Assembly (NCBI RefSeq): GCF_001194135.2
Contig: NC_068981.1
Span: 172,509,498 to 172,573,497 of the forward strand
Length of the DNA: 64,000 nt
Direction of reading: 5' to 3'
From: Octopus bimaculoides
Lineage: Eukaryota
This document shows, in pieces, positions 1-12,288 of the stretch; the stretch's first letter is position 1; every line of letters starts with the position of its first letter. Position numbers and translations under genes: made by a program. Below the pieces are notes generated by a model. It made no database searches and was not told the DNA's origin. It worked only from the letters and a program-made list of their open reading frames with translations.

Positions 1-1939
1 AGGAAAGAAAATAATTAAATATGGGTTTGATATAAGCTGTGAATATTTTTTAGAAAACTTATATCAATAAAATATTTTACAACATAAATAAATTATTAAA
101 TGCTGCAGTTAACCTACATAAGATGCTAAATACTTGTCTATAAATAAATAAATCTAACAAAAACTCTGTAATTAGTCTTTGAGAGGCAGTAATGACTAAG
201 TATGGCTAATATTTAATCCAATAGTAGTTTGTAGCTATTTTATAGTAATGGTGATATTACCAAAGTATATTTAAAATCTGTATCACTGTTAGATTGGTAG
301 AACATTTGAAGCATGCAAAGCAACAACATATTTATGAAGAAAGATAAAATCAAAATAAAATGAATTATATCTATCATACACAGTGGAAGTAAAAAAAAAA
401 AAGCTTAAAAGGAATATGATGAAAATAAAAATAAATTTAAAATTTAAAGTAAAAAAATTGTCCAGTAGTCTTTTTTTTTTTTTAGTAATGAAAAATGGCA
501 TGTCCAAACTAGCTACTTTATATATTGACAAAAGCATAAATCAGTTGGTAATAATCCAGTCATGCAATAACTTTTTTTTTCTTTTTGTAATGTGAGAAGT
601 TTACTAGCTGATAACATAACTGCCTTCTAAATGGTAAAGTAGAAATGTTCTTTATTTCCATTGAAAACGATTTCAAGTGCTAAGGTAAGAACTACTTAGA
701 AATTGAAATGAAAATCATGGAATATATTATAAACCTGTACAATATTCAGTTGGTGTGTGGCATTTATTTGAAAACATGACTGCAGGGTATCTTGACAGAT
801 TTTATTATTTTTTTTTTTTTCAAGTTAAGATAAAACTTCATTACTAACCAATCCTACTGGGGTCAATTGTTATTTAGACAATAATATTCTTGTATCATAT
901 TAGAGAAGCACAAAGCTTTAAAAAAATAAATAAAAGTAGTAGATACATGTTTAATATCTATCACATACACTTGATATTGAATTAAATTTTTCTTTTGGCT
1001 TCATTTCTCTAAAAGTTATCCTCTAAAAATATTTTGAGCAATCAGCAATGAATATCCTGACTAATACCAGAAATTATTATCATTGGAACTAGATTAAAAT
1101 AATATAGCAAACTGACTTAATTTTTCTTTGTGAAATTTGTTTCATTTTCTTATTCATTATGACTAGGACATTATTAAAAGGCTTCATTTAGCACAGTGTT
1201 TCTCAATGTTCCACCTTAGGTTCCTACCTTAAGAACATCAGTTTTACACTAAATCATCCCACTTAGAAAATTGAAAATTAAGAAAGTTAAAAATTAAGAA
1301 ATTAATAAGAAAACATTTTTATTTCAGCAAAACATACCCAACATAGAATTTGCATAATTTTCTTTTTTTATTATTTACAATTCTAGTGAACTGAAATTGT
1401 GTCTATTTCAATATAGTTGGAAATTATAAGAATCTATGGTTGTTAGACCAGAGTGAAAACATTTAGTTGTGTATAATTTTTAAAATTCTAATATAGAAAT
1501 TAAGATTTTTGGAAAATATCAAATTCTTCACTGTGATGGGTAAAGTGAGAGAGTGTATTGAGAAACACTGCTTTGGCAAGTTCGATGGTTTTGGATAATG
1601 GCATGCAAAAAATAGTCAATATCATTTTAGGAAGAAAAAAAAAATATTGCATACAAGTAAAAATCCTTTTTAAGTCAAAAGAGAATATAAAAAGAAAAAT
1701 GAAGGAGATATGAATTGGTTTTGTTGATGTGGAATAATTAACAGCTTCAAAATATGATTAAATCAATTTTCAAACAGGGAGCAACAAATATGATGATCGT
1801 GAAATATAAGTATTAAGGGACAAGAAATTTGACAAATAGTACATAAATGAATACCTTAAAAACTACATAAAGCCTTAAGTTCCAAATATCATCATTTTAT
1901 GTCTATTTTTCCAAGCTGGCATGGACTGAATAAGTTTGC

Positions 1940-2420
1940 AAAATAATATCTTTCCATGTTTCTTGTAGCTATGATATCTATGAGTGCTACCATCATCTGC
2001 TCAGACTCAACTACTTGTAACCAGCGCTTTGGTTTATCTGTAACTCAGGTGCATTTTACCATCAGACTATATCATTTTTATATTATACACACCATCCACT
2101 TACAAGCCTGAACTTGTTGAGTTAGTACTCCTGCTCACAATCAATGTCTGATGTTTAGTAACTTTCTATATTCATGTACTCAACCCTTCCAGTAACATTT
2201 CACATGTAGCAAACTTGTTCCTCTGCAATTTCTGCAGAACTTGAACAATAATTACATCTGCTTAACTGCCATAGGTCACAATATATATCATGTTTTGTAC
2301 CTTGTATTGGGAGAGAAAAGTTGTCATGAACTGACTGTAAAATATCTGCCATCTCTATCAAATCATAACCAACATGGAATCAGTAGCTTTCTTCTACCAT
2401 GTTTAAGCGTTTAATATTTG
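1940..2420 (-). mobile_element. Possible decayed LINE remnant
   Basis: GC-richer block next to an RTE-tail motif (ttccaagctggcatgga). The translation is only weakly LINE-like. Confidence 0.3.
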
Positions 2421-3989
2421 ATACTGATTTCATGTTTATTGTATTCATAAGTGCCATTAATGACATATCTTTTATAGTTGGTTGCTATTCAGTACTTAAA
2501 AAAAAGTTGAAGATGACAAAGATAACTGCAGTCATGTGATACCATAAGGTTTGCCTATCAGTTTCAAATTGTACACACCACAAATACAAAGATTTCAATC
2601 TAGAAAAAATTAAATGTCAAAGAAAATAAAAATCAACAAAACAAGACAAATTAAAAGGAGAATAAAAAAGCGTCTAAATGCAATTTTCATGACTCCAATT
2701 TAATGTCCAATACAATTTAAAAAAGCTAACATCAAATTAACAAAAAAAAAAAATTCTAGAATGGTGTTGACAGTCGTACCTGGATAAAAAAAAAATACAT
2801 TCTCTATATGCATACATAGGATGTATACATTTACCTCTTTCTCACATGTACATAGAGACACATTTAAAAGCAAATCACAGAGGTTTATTGAAAGGGAATG
2901 ACATTATCTGGGGTGACAACTGTGATAGCATCAACAACAGGAAATTAAGTTATCCAAGTTACTATAAATATTGCAAATAAAGAAAAATAGTATATTGATC
3001 TATACAGAGAATAAATTTGGGTCAAACTAAAGAAACAAAGAAAACATGAAAGAAAGAAAGAAAACATGAAATAAACAAAAAGGAAGAGATAATAAACTGA
3101 AGTTTGATGCAGTGTTAGAGCAGTAACCGTATTATATGTCAAGTAGTTTCCTATTTCCAACATTGCATTCAATCTATCATGTATGAGATTAATTCTACAA
3201 GAAATAATATTGACACTTTATCATTAAATTTACTTCTTGTGGTAAATATTTATGATGAATATCAGCCATCAAAAAAATATTAAAAAATTTCAAAAAGAAT
3301 ATATTTTTGTAGTTACTTGATTCTACTTAAGCATATACATAAGATGTATGTTTGAGTGTCAAAGTTAATGCTTTACAATGGAAGTGGAGGGGATCAGATA
3401 GTTCAACCAGTAATGAAATTTAAAACAATAGTAAATTTTATTTGAAAGTAATAACTTTAAAATAAAAGTTAATCAGACTACATTAGCTTCACTGATGCCA
3501 AACCAGGAAAATTATTCACATAACTAATATTAGGTTTTGGTAGATATATTAAAAAATTGGGAAAATTGGAAAAAAATAGCCAAAGTTAAAGATCAGTTAT
3601 CTTAAAATATACAAAACCTATATGCTTTTAAATATAGCCTCTTAACTCTTTCATATTTAAGTAACTTAATAAGCTCATATATAAAACTACCATTAAGTAA
3701 GAAAATTGACCTGTATGTGCATGTGTGAGTGTGTGTACACCCGAGACAGAACAAATGAAAGAAATTTAAATATATGAAGAAGAAAGAATTGTGATTTGTT
3801 TTAATCAGTAATAACAGTTGCAACCAGATTTTACTCTAACTGTATCCTCAAATCTTGAAAAGGAAATACAATTTAAAAGAAAAAAAAAAAGACAAAAAGA
3901 GGGGTGAGTTGTCATGGTTGAAATGTATCTTGTCATGGGTTTGACTGACATGGCTAAACATAAGGCTAAAAAAAGAAAACAACTCTGAA

Positions 3990-4230
3990 ATTATGAATAA
4001 TAAAAGGCAAAGTTGACTCCTGGTAAGATTTGAACTCCACAATGTAACTACATCCTGAAAATTTAATGAGTCTGGCACTCATGTATTGTTTCTACCACCC
4101 AATAATAATAATTTTCAATATAGACACAACACCACAAATTTGGAAGAGGGCACATTTGGTCAAACTGACACAAGTACTTGACTGGTACATATTTTATTGA
4201 CCAAGAAAGATGAAAGATAAAGTTGATCTC
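3990..4230 (-). mobile_element. tRNA-derived SINE copies (same family as 7858-8910)
   Basis: Reverse complement of the SINE body: caagtacttgactggtacatattttattgacc.agaaagatgaaag..aaagttga and aaaggcaaagttgact..ggtaagatttgaactc. Confidence 0.65.
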
Positions 4231-7200
4231 AAAAGATTTGAACAAAGAAACCAAACTAAATATCACAAGTCATTTAATCCATCACTCTACTGGTATCATA
4301 TTTCAAATAAAACATAGTTAAAGACTAAATATATTCTATTACAAATGACATACTTGCTGAAAGTAATATTTATAATTGAGTTTTCATTGAAATAAACTGG
4401 AATATGCCCCTGCCCCCAAACAATAAAACAATTTCCTTAATAAAAAAGCTTAGCAAATATATATTTTGAACTGGTAAATCTTCATCTGCACTGTTTATTG
4501 TCTTACTTATTAATAATGGTAATCCATCCCAGGTAAAGAGTAAGCCTCTAACTGGTCTATCAATTCATTGAAATAACAACTAAATCTTATCCAAATCAAA
4601 TTATAAAGAGCACATTGGATAATATATTCCTAGATACACTTTGTTTAAAAATCAAAATACAAGAATGGTCATAACTGAGATGTCTAATTATAGATTTGTC
4701 TGCTCTACAATGCCTGGGGGTATACAATAGCATATGCAATCAATTAAAGGCTAACCTAGGAATACAAATAAAAATTATTTCAAAAGAAAATATAGGAATT
4801 CAAGCTGAAGTTGAAGAGGAACTGCAACTATAATACTTTTAAAAACTCATAAAATTAATCATTTTGCTCTTTTAAGTTTTCATAAAATAGCTCAATAGAA
4901 GAAAGAGTAAGATTCTTGTGTTTTGATGTGTTCAATTCAGATTTAGTTGCATGCTTACAATCATAAATGTTATTAGAAAATATAAAAATGTTCAAAGTTG
5001 CCTTATTTGTCATCCAGCTATATCAGCAGAGAAACATCTAAAGGATGTGAAAATACAAAGTTATGATGTTCAAGGGGATGTAGGTTTTTATCTTTCCATA
5101 GTTTATATAATTTTTCAATAGTACATTTTTATAGCAGCTTATAGAAACAAATGAAAAAAAAAATGAAAGCAAGATACTTGAGGAAATTTCAAAACAATCT
5201 TAAGTGTTTGCTTGCCAGTCATTCCAGATTTGAAATGGAATTTATAAACAGATTATCTTTGGGATAAACTGATAAAGGAACTTTTTCCAACAGCAATCAG
5301 AAGTTTACCTGAAAATCAAAATATTTTTACTATTTCATTAAAAAATAGCAAATCATAATGTCAAATGGTAAGAGTAATTTTTTTTTTGTGTATATGTACA
5401 TGTTTTGTTTTTAAAGTGTTTTGGGGGTTGCATCAGTCAATTTCATCCCAAACATGCAAAACTTAATTCTTTGATCAGACAAATGGGCTGAAGGAAAGAC
5501 TCACTTGAAGCAAAAATTTACAAATCAGTATGGATTCAAAACCAATATTTGATTTAAGAAATCAATAATAGTAATGCAATATTCAATATTTTTTTCATAA
5601 AGATCTGATGAAATCTCTCTGATTGTTGACAAGATAAACTGGAATAAAAAGAACCAGAATATATTGTATTAATTAAAGGGGAAAAAATTGAATTCAACTC
5701 AAGGAAATATTTAAATATTCAATGAAACAAAATTTGTTTTACTACTTCATAAAAGTAGAAACTCTGAAGTAGAGTAGACTTTTAAAAGTTGAACTTTTAA
5801 AAGTAAATATTTGGTTAAAGAGTGAATATTCAATTCAGTGTTGAATTAATACAGCTTCCACTTCTGGTTGTTGACAAGATGAAGCATGATATCCTAAGGC
5901 TTAAATATCAAATTATGATAGGGAACAATAAAACAAAATTGAAAACATCACTTTCATGTATATAGCTGAAGGAGTAGTTTTCTGGACATTTAATTGGAAA
6001 TGTTAAATTGGTAAACAAATATTCATGAAATAGTTCATTTTCATTAGAAGTAACTAAAAGAACAGCAGTCAACACACATAATCAGCTTACAATCAATGGA
6101 AACAGTTTAAATAGATAATCAGCCCCAGAAAAGGAAAAGATATACCCTAAATTTACATATACTTCACAAGCATCCACATACTATACATGATTCTTACTCA
6201 GGTTAGAAACGAACTTGAAAAGACAGCCCAATTAAGAAAAAAAAAAAAAGAAAGAAATTATGAACATTTGAACATTTCAGTAATAGCATAACCTTTCACC
6301 ATGGTAAAACAGTTAGAAGGAAAATGCACATAACGCACTTTAAAAATACAATTTCTTAGAGCACTACTGCTATATTGACTAAAAGTATGTTTACAAAATG
6401 CCAAATCATAAAATTAAGAATAATTCTCAATAGAAATAAAGTTAATATTATTTTTCTATCTAAAAAAAATATTGTATAGTTTATATTTTTATCCTCAATA
6501 TTCTAGCATAGTATAAAAAAATAGGCAGAAAGCAAAATGAGATGGTGTCATATGAATACATAGTTGTTTCAAAAGATTAGGAAAAGGGAACATTTTGTAC
6601 AGGTCTTCCGCTACACATACTTAAGACTTAAAATGCAATGCACAGAAATAAAAATACACAAATATAATTGGTATCATAAAATCCTGAAGTTTAAATAAAA
6701 GCTGTAGCATGAAGATGTGGCCCAATAGAAGAATTAAGTAGCACAAAAATGACATTGGCACAAAAAAAGAAGCACAAATATCACACACTTTTTAATTGAT
6801 GACATTTATAGATAAGTTTCCATCTTGGCTGCTGATGCTATCCCAGCATGCCCCAGCATTTTGTTCAGTTTGAGGACAAGGAAGAGCGGTAAGAAAATCC
6901 AGCCACTAAGAAAGTGATAAAACGACAGCAATGCCAGGAATAGAAAACTTGAGCCTCACCTGCTGGCATGGTGTATTGGATTGGAAAGTTCCATAGCTAG
7001 AGACTTCTTGTAAAATGTTGGTATAATTTTTTACCAGACCCTGTTGTATTGCATGCAAAGAACAGAGACACTAGATGAAGCACTGTCAGAAATATGGACA
7101 ATCAGAATGCAATACTTAATATATATGGATCCGACAGAGACACACATATACACAGATGGAGTGACAGCAAGCTGAATATTTGGTGGTGCCAACAATAAAT

Positions 7201-7857
7201 AAAAGATAGCAAATAAATAATGATTCAATAGTTAGCAAGAAGCAAAGTTTGAGCTAGAATATTGATTTCATAACTAAGAGGTACAGTATATATTTAGTAG
7301 ATCACTAAACAAAGTTCATACAAAGGCACAGTGTCACAAGACTGATATCTTAAACCAATAAACAAATATAAAATGTTTAAACCTGTACTAAAATGAGAAT
7401 GTTAACACATTTTAAAATTAATTCTATAGCAATTTATAGTATCTGAATTTTGTAAGTGATAATTAGGAAAATAGTTAGCATGTGTGTATGTGTATATAAT
7501 TTAGGCTTGTCCACTGGCCTGTTATTCTGGCATTTACAAGGCATGCAGCTGCTTCTTCAGACAAGTCCAAATGGGTAGAAAGACACATATCATCAATACA
7601 GTGGCAGAAGTAGGACAGAAAATGTGCAAAGATAATAAAAACAACACAAATAAAATGCAAATGGGCGCCCAAGAAGAAAAGAGAGGCAGGAGAAGGGAAT
7701 GATTCAAGATGTGTACATAAACATGCATACATGCACACACATTCACAGGCTAACATATTCACATACACATAAACACCAGTTAATCTCTCTTTATCTGTTC
7801 AGAGATCATTGGTATAGCAGGATAATTATAAGGCCTGGAAACATTATTATTATTATT

Positions 7858-8910
7858 AAGGCAATAAGTTGGCAGAATTGTCAGCACATCAGACAAAATG
7901 CTTAGTGGCATTTCTTCCAGCTTTATGTTCTGAGTTCAAATGCTGCCAAAGTTGACTTTGCCTTTTATCCTCTCAGGATTAATAAAATAAGTACCAGTCA
8001 AGCATTGGGATTGATATAATTGGCTACCCTCCCCCACCCATAATTTCAGGCCTTGTGCCTATATTACAAAGAATTATTATTATCATCATTACTATTAAAG
8101 TGGTCATTAGCACATCAGACAAAATGCTTAGCATTTCTTGTAACTTTTTACATGCTGAGTTCAAATGCAGCTGAGGTCAATGTTGTTTCTTATTCTTTCA
8201 GGGTAGATAAAATAAGCTACCAGTCAAGTACTGGGCTGATGTAATCGACTACCTACTCTCCCTAAAAATTGCTGGCCTTGTGCCAAAAATTTAAAACAAT
8301 TATTATAATTATTATTATTTTACTTTCATTATTATTCAGTCAGGATCATTAGCGCATCAAACAGAATGCTTTGCTGTATTTGTTCCAACTTTCTTTGTTC
8401 TTAGTTTAAATTTTGGCAAGGACAACTTCGGCTTTCATCCTTTCAAAAGGTAGCAATCCAAGATGGTGGATTGGCAGAACTCTAAGAATATCAGACCAGG
8501 ATGATGATGATGATGATGCTGCTGCTGCTTTGGGGAATTTGTTCTGGTTCTTTATGTTCTGAGTTCAAATTCGGACATGAACTACTTGGATGGTAAATTT
8601 AACTTATCACCCAATTTAACACCTCCATCACTACTACCTGACACCTTGGGTGCTTTTAGTGGAGTTGACTGTCACAAGCATTTGGGCCAGGTTTCCAATT
8701 TGAGGATGCCTTCCTCCCTTCCTTCCACTAGTGTTGAAGGTTCTATAACGAGTCATGAACACTGCCTTCTCTCCCGACTAAAAGATTAAAAACAAAAGCT
8801 TCTTTTGGGTCAGTAAAATAAAGTACTAGTCATGTACTGGGAATTAATATAATTAACCAATTCTGCCCCTCAAAATTGTTGGCCTTGTACCTAAATTAGA
8901 AATTATTATT
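7858..8910 (+). mobile_element. Head-to-tail array of about four tRNA-derived SINE copies
   Basis: Repeating unit ggcagaat..ttagcacatcagacaaaatgctt...ttatgttctgagttcaaat...gactttgcc...aaaataagtaccagtcaag...ggccttgtgcc...(att)n at ~7858, ~8095, ~8335 (partial) and ~8460-8910 (interrupted). Confidence 0.8.
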
Positions 8911-10849
8911 CTCATTATTGTAACTACCAATGTCTCATTTGGCAATGACTACCACAGCTGTTTATTATCAGTGTCCCTTCCAACTGATTTATGATTTTAT
9001 TTGTTTTTACCTTTAGATGATCCAAGACCTTTGCTTGGCTATCTCTGACTGGCAACCCCTTTCATTCTGTTGTTTCAACAATCTATGAACAGATAATAAG
9101 AGGCAGACAAGTGTCTGTATATGAGATTGTGTATGTAGATTTGTTGAATCATTCCCTTTTCCCCTCTCTCCTTCCACAACTTGTATACATTTTTTCTGCA
9201 CACTATTTCTACCATAGCAGTGATGAGGCAATGTCTCTTCACTAGTTCAGACTTAAGAAAGCAGCTGCATACCATGGAGAAATTTTAGAGTAACAGCCAC
9301 TAGACTGCCCTAAATAAAACTACTGCACTCTGTGTATTTATTGAGTACAAACATATGCACACACACACACCCACACACAGATTTCTTCATGAAGATCATT
9401 GAAAATATTAATTCAAACAAGAATGTAGATGATCTTCATAAAAATATATATTTAAGTAATTTACAACTCAACTATATTAAAAACTGTTTTGAAGAAGTAA
9501 AATGTAATTTTTTTATTTTTTGAGACCTCAATGTAGAAAGCTAAAAAGAATATCTATATGTATATATATATCTATATATATATATATATATATATATTGA
9601 AATAATTTTTAAAATTCAGATCATGTGCATTGCATGTGCATTTATTTGCCTAGGAGATTTTGTGTCAGCAGCTTTATAAGAGTATATCTAAAAAGCGTTT
9701 GGGTAAAAGTGGTGAGAACTACAAAATTTAACTTGAGGAAATGGATTACAGCAGGTGAAATGTTTAAAATTCAGTCTCTTATGACATTTGGATTTGTAAG
9801 TGTGCAAAACAACGAAAGGAAAAAAAAAAATAATAAAGCATGTATTATGACATTTTTACAAAGAATTACTAACAAGTAAAAATGAAAACCCCAACAAAAA
9901 TCTGTTAGCTTCAAAGTCATAAAGAAACGAATTCGACTGCATGAAAGTATTTAGACCTTTTTTTTTTTTTTTTGGTAAATTTTGGCTTTTATTTATATTA
10001 AATGCAACAATGACTAATACTTATGAAGTACAATTCAGTTTTGTTTCACAGCTTCAAATTTAATGAACAAAAAAAAAATCAAAAAAATTAAAAAATAGAA
10101 AAAAATAATGACACCATTTATAAAATTAAAACAAAAAAGCTGATAATGAAACTTGAATTTTGCTTTTATAAAATCTGTGGGTGCTGATTAACTTATTCCA
10201 TAATTTCCATAACGAAAATTATCACCCATTCAACTTGCATATAATTATTTAAATATAATTTTTTAATGCATGGGATTTTGAGAAAAGTAGAATACAATAT
10301 TGTAATATTCAAACCTTCCTCAAGGGCATTAGGGTCATAAATAGAATAATTCTTATTGGAAATCAAAGCTAAGTAATAAATTTGATTCTCCAAGAACATA
10401 TTGTTTCCCCATAATACTCATAATATAAATACCTAAATAATAATTAGAATTCTGTAGAATATTTAGCCAACATATATACAGAATACATATAATTATTTAA
10501 AGAAAATCAATTTTCCTAGCTCAAACTCTGCTACAAGCATTGGGAAAAGCTGAAGATAAGAGCCACAGCTTCAAACTACCTTACTCAACAAGGAAATATC
10601 AAATAAGTAATGTTACAATTTACTTTGATAGTAGGGTTTATGCAAGTTTTTGGGTAAAATAATGACAATTATTAACAAGTAAATAAATGCGTAATTACAA
10701 TTTTAAGTACCTTTCAGTCTATAGAAAATCCTTAGCTTTGACTATTTAGACATACAACTATCAGATTCTGATTAAAGATTAAAAGTAACTCTATTGTGAT
10801 ATTTCTTTGTTTTAAGTTATATTTCAGCTAAAAATGTTTAAGACTGACT

Positions 10850-11025
10850 CTCAAAGTGGTTGGCATTAGGAAGGGCATCCAGCTGTAGAAACTTTCCCAG
10901 ATCAGATTGAGCCTGGTGTAGCCTTCTGGCTCACCAGTCCTCTGTCAAACCGTCCAACCCATGCCAGCATGGAAAGCGGACGTTAAACAACGACGATGAT
11001 GATGATTACGATGATGATGATGATG
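10850..11025 (+). mobile_element. RTE-tail short retroposon with (GAT)n tail
   Basis: gtggttggcattaggaagggcatccagctgtagaaac...aacccatgccagcatggaaagcggacgttaaac followed by a GAT repeat. Confidence 0.85.
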
Positions 11026-11294
11026 AAAACATGCACCTTAAAAATGGTAATTCACTCTACTAACTATTCCTTAAGAAAAACAACTGCCATTTTAATGCAA
11101 ACCAATGATGGTGGAAATAGGCTACTTTCTTGTGTCTACATAGATTTAGTTCTGCATTTTTCTTAATATTTAATAATAATAAAAATAAAAAAAAAAGAAC
11201 AATTTTGTTTTTGTGTTTGTTTTGAAATATTCTTGATACAAAATCCTGTATTAAAACAAATGTTATTGTATATGTTTTGGGGTATTTTTGGGAA

Positions 11295-11700
11295 GAGTGC
11301 TTCAGTTTGCTAATAAAAACACATGAGCTGTTTCTACTTCACTTCTTTTATCATTATCATTGTTAGTCAACTTATTAACAATTAATTAATCAATTACTTG
11401 ACTAATCATTTGCTGAATTATTCAATTATGGTTTGTCAGAGCCCATTCATCACCACTGCTTCAGGTCTGTTATGATGTATGCAAACACAACATATCCAGT
11501 CAAGATACATCATGACAGACATATAGCAACAAGAGCACATCATTGATGAGGATATGAATGCTAAGGACTTGACTGACAAATAGACAAATTGACTAACTGG
11601 TAGAAACAATTAATTAATCAGTTAATTGGTTTAACTGTTCACTAATAATAATAAAGAAGTAAAACAAAACTAGAGCACGTTTTTATTTGCAAAATGACCT
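11295..11700. repeat. Diverged fold-back, ~110-bp inverted arms
   Basis: tttgctaataaaaacac...ttaacaattaattaat versus aattaattaatcagttaa...aataaagaagtaaaac...cgtttttatttgcaaaatg. Confidence 0.6.
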
Positions 11701-12191
11701 TCCCAAGATACAAGAACTTCAATTTATATTCCTTACAATAAATATCTATAATAATTATAGAATATAATTGAAATGATAAAATTATCCAAAATGAAATAAA
11801 ATAAAAACCTGAAACTTATTTTCAAATGCTCCAATTAATTATTTTTTTTCCTTAAAAATTATCAATGTTATATAACAGAACTAGTTATATTTCAAGAAGT
11901 ATTATTTTCACACATAGGATACTAGTTAGCAAACATCCCAAAACAATATCCATCTTTTCAACATTAGCTGTTGTTCAGCCTCAGGTCATCAAACTGAACA
12001 AACCTATGAAGAAAATCGTTCCTGTTGAGATTGCTCAGTCCTTGTTTTCAAGTATATGTCCAGGTTTAAATTATCCTGGATTCACTTCTTTCCTTTGTAA
12101 GAAAGTACTCTGAAGGAGAATGACTGCTCTCTCTAGCAAACAAAGTGACCATACAGAGGATCTCATCTTTAATTCCTTCAATTTTTGTATG

Positions 12192-12193
<2 letters not shown>

Positions 12194-12284
<91 letters not shown>
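12194..12284. repeat. (CA)n microsatellite
   Basis: Uninterrupted CA run of ~90 bp. Confidence 0.98.

Positions 12285-12288
<4 letters not shown>

Noticed and set aside
2700-2779. Minus-strand acceptor ttttttttatccag followed by VRLSTPF* or GTTVNTILE...
   Set aside because: Splice motif only, with no homology support.
5250-5309. Minus-strand acceptor ttgattttcag followed by phase-1 GKLLIAVGKSSFISLSQR*, a possible alternative last exon
   Set aside because: No similarity to the conserved GSTHILTP terminal exon, and the intervening exons are missing.
6870-6975. Minus-strand frame RFITFLVAGFSY resembling Munc18 RLIIFVVGGISY
   Set aside because: No flanking YGHWH or SEMR motifs and no suitable splice sites; treated as a chance match.
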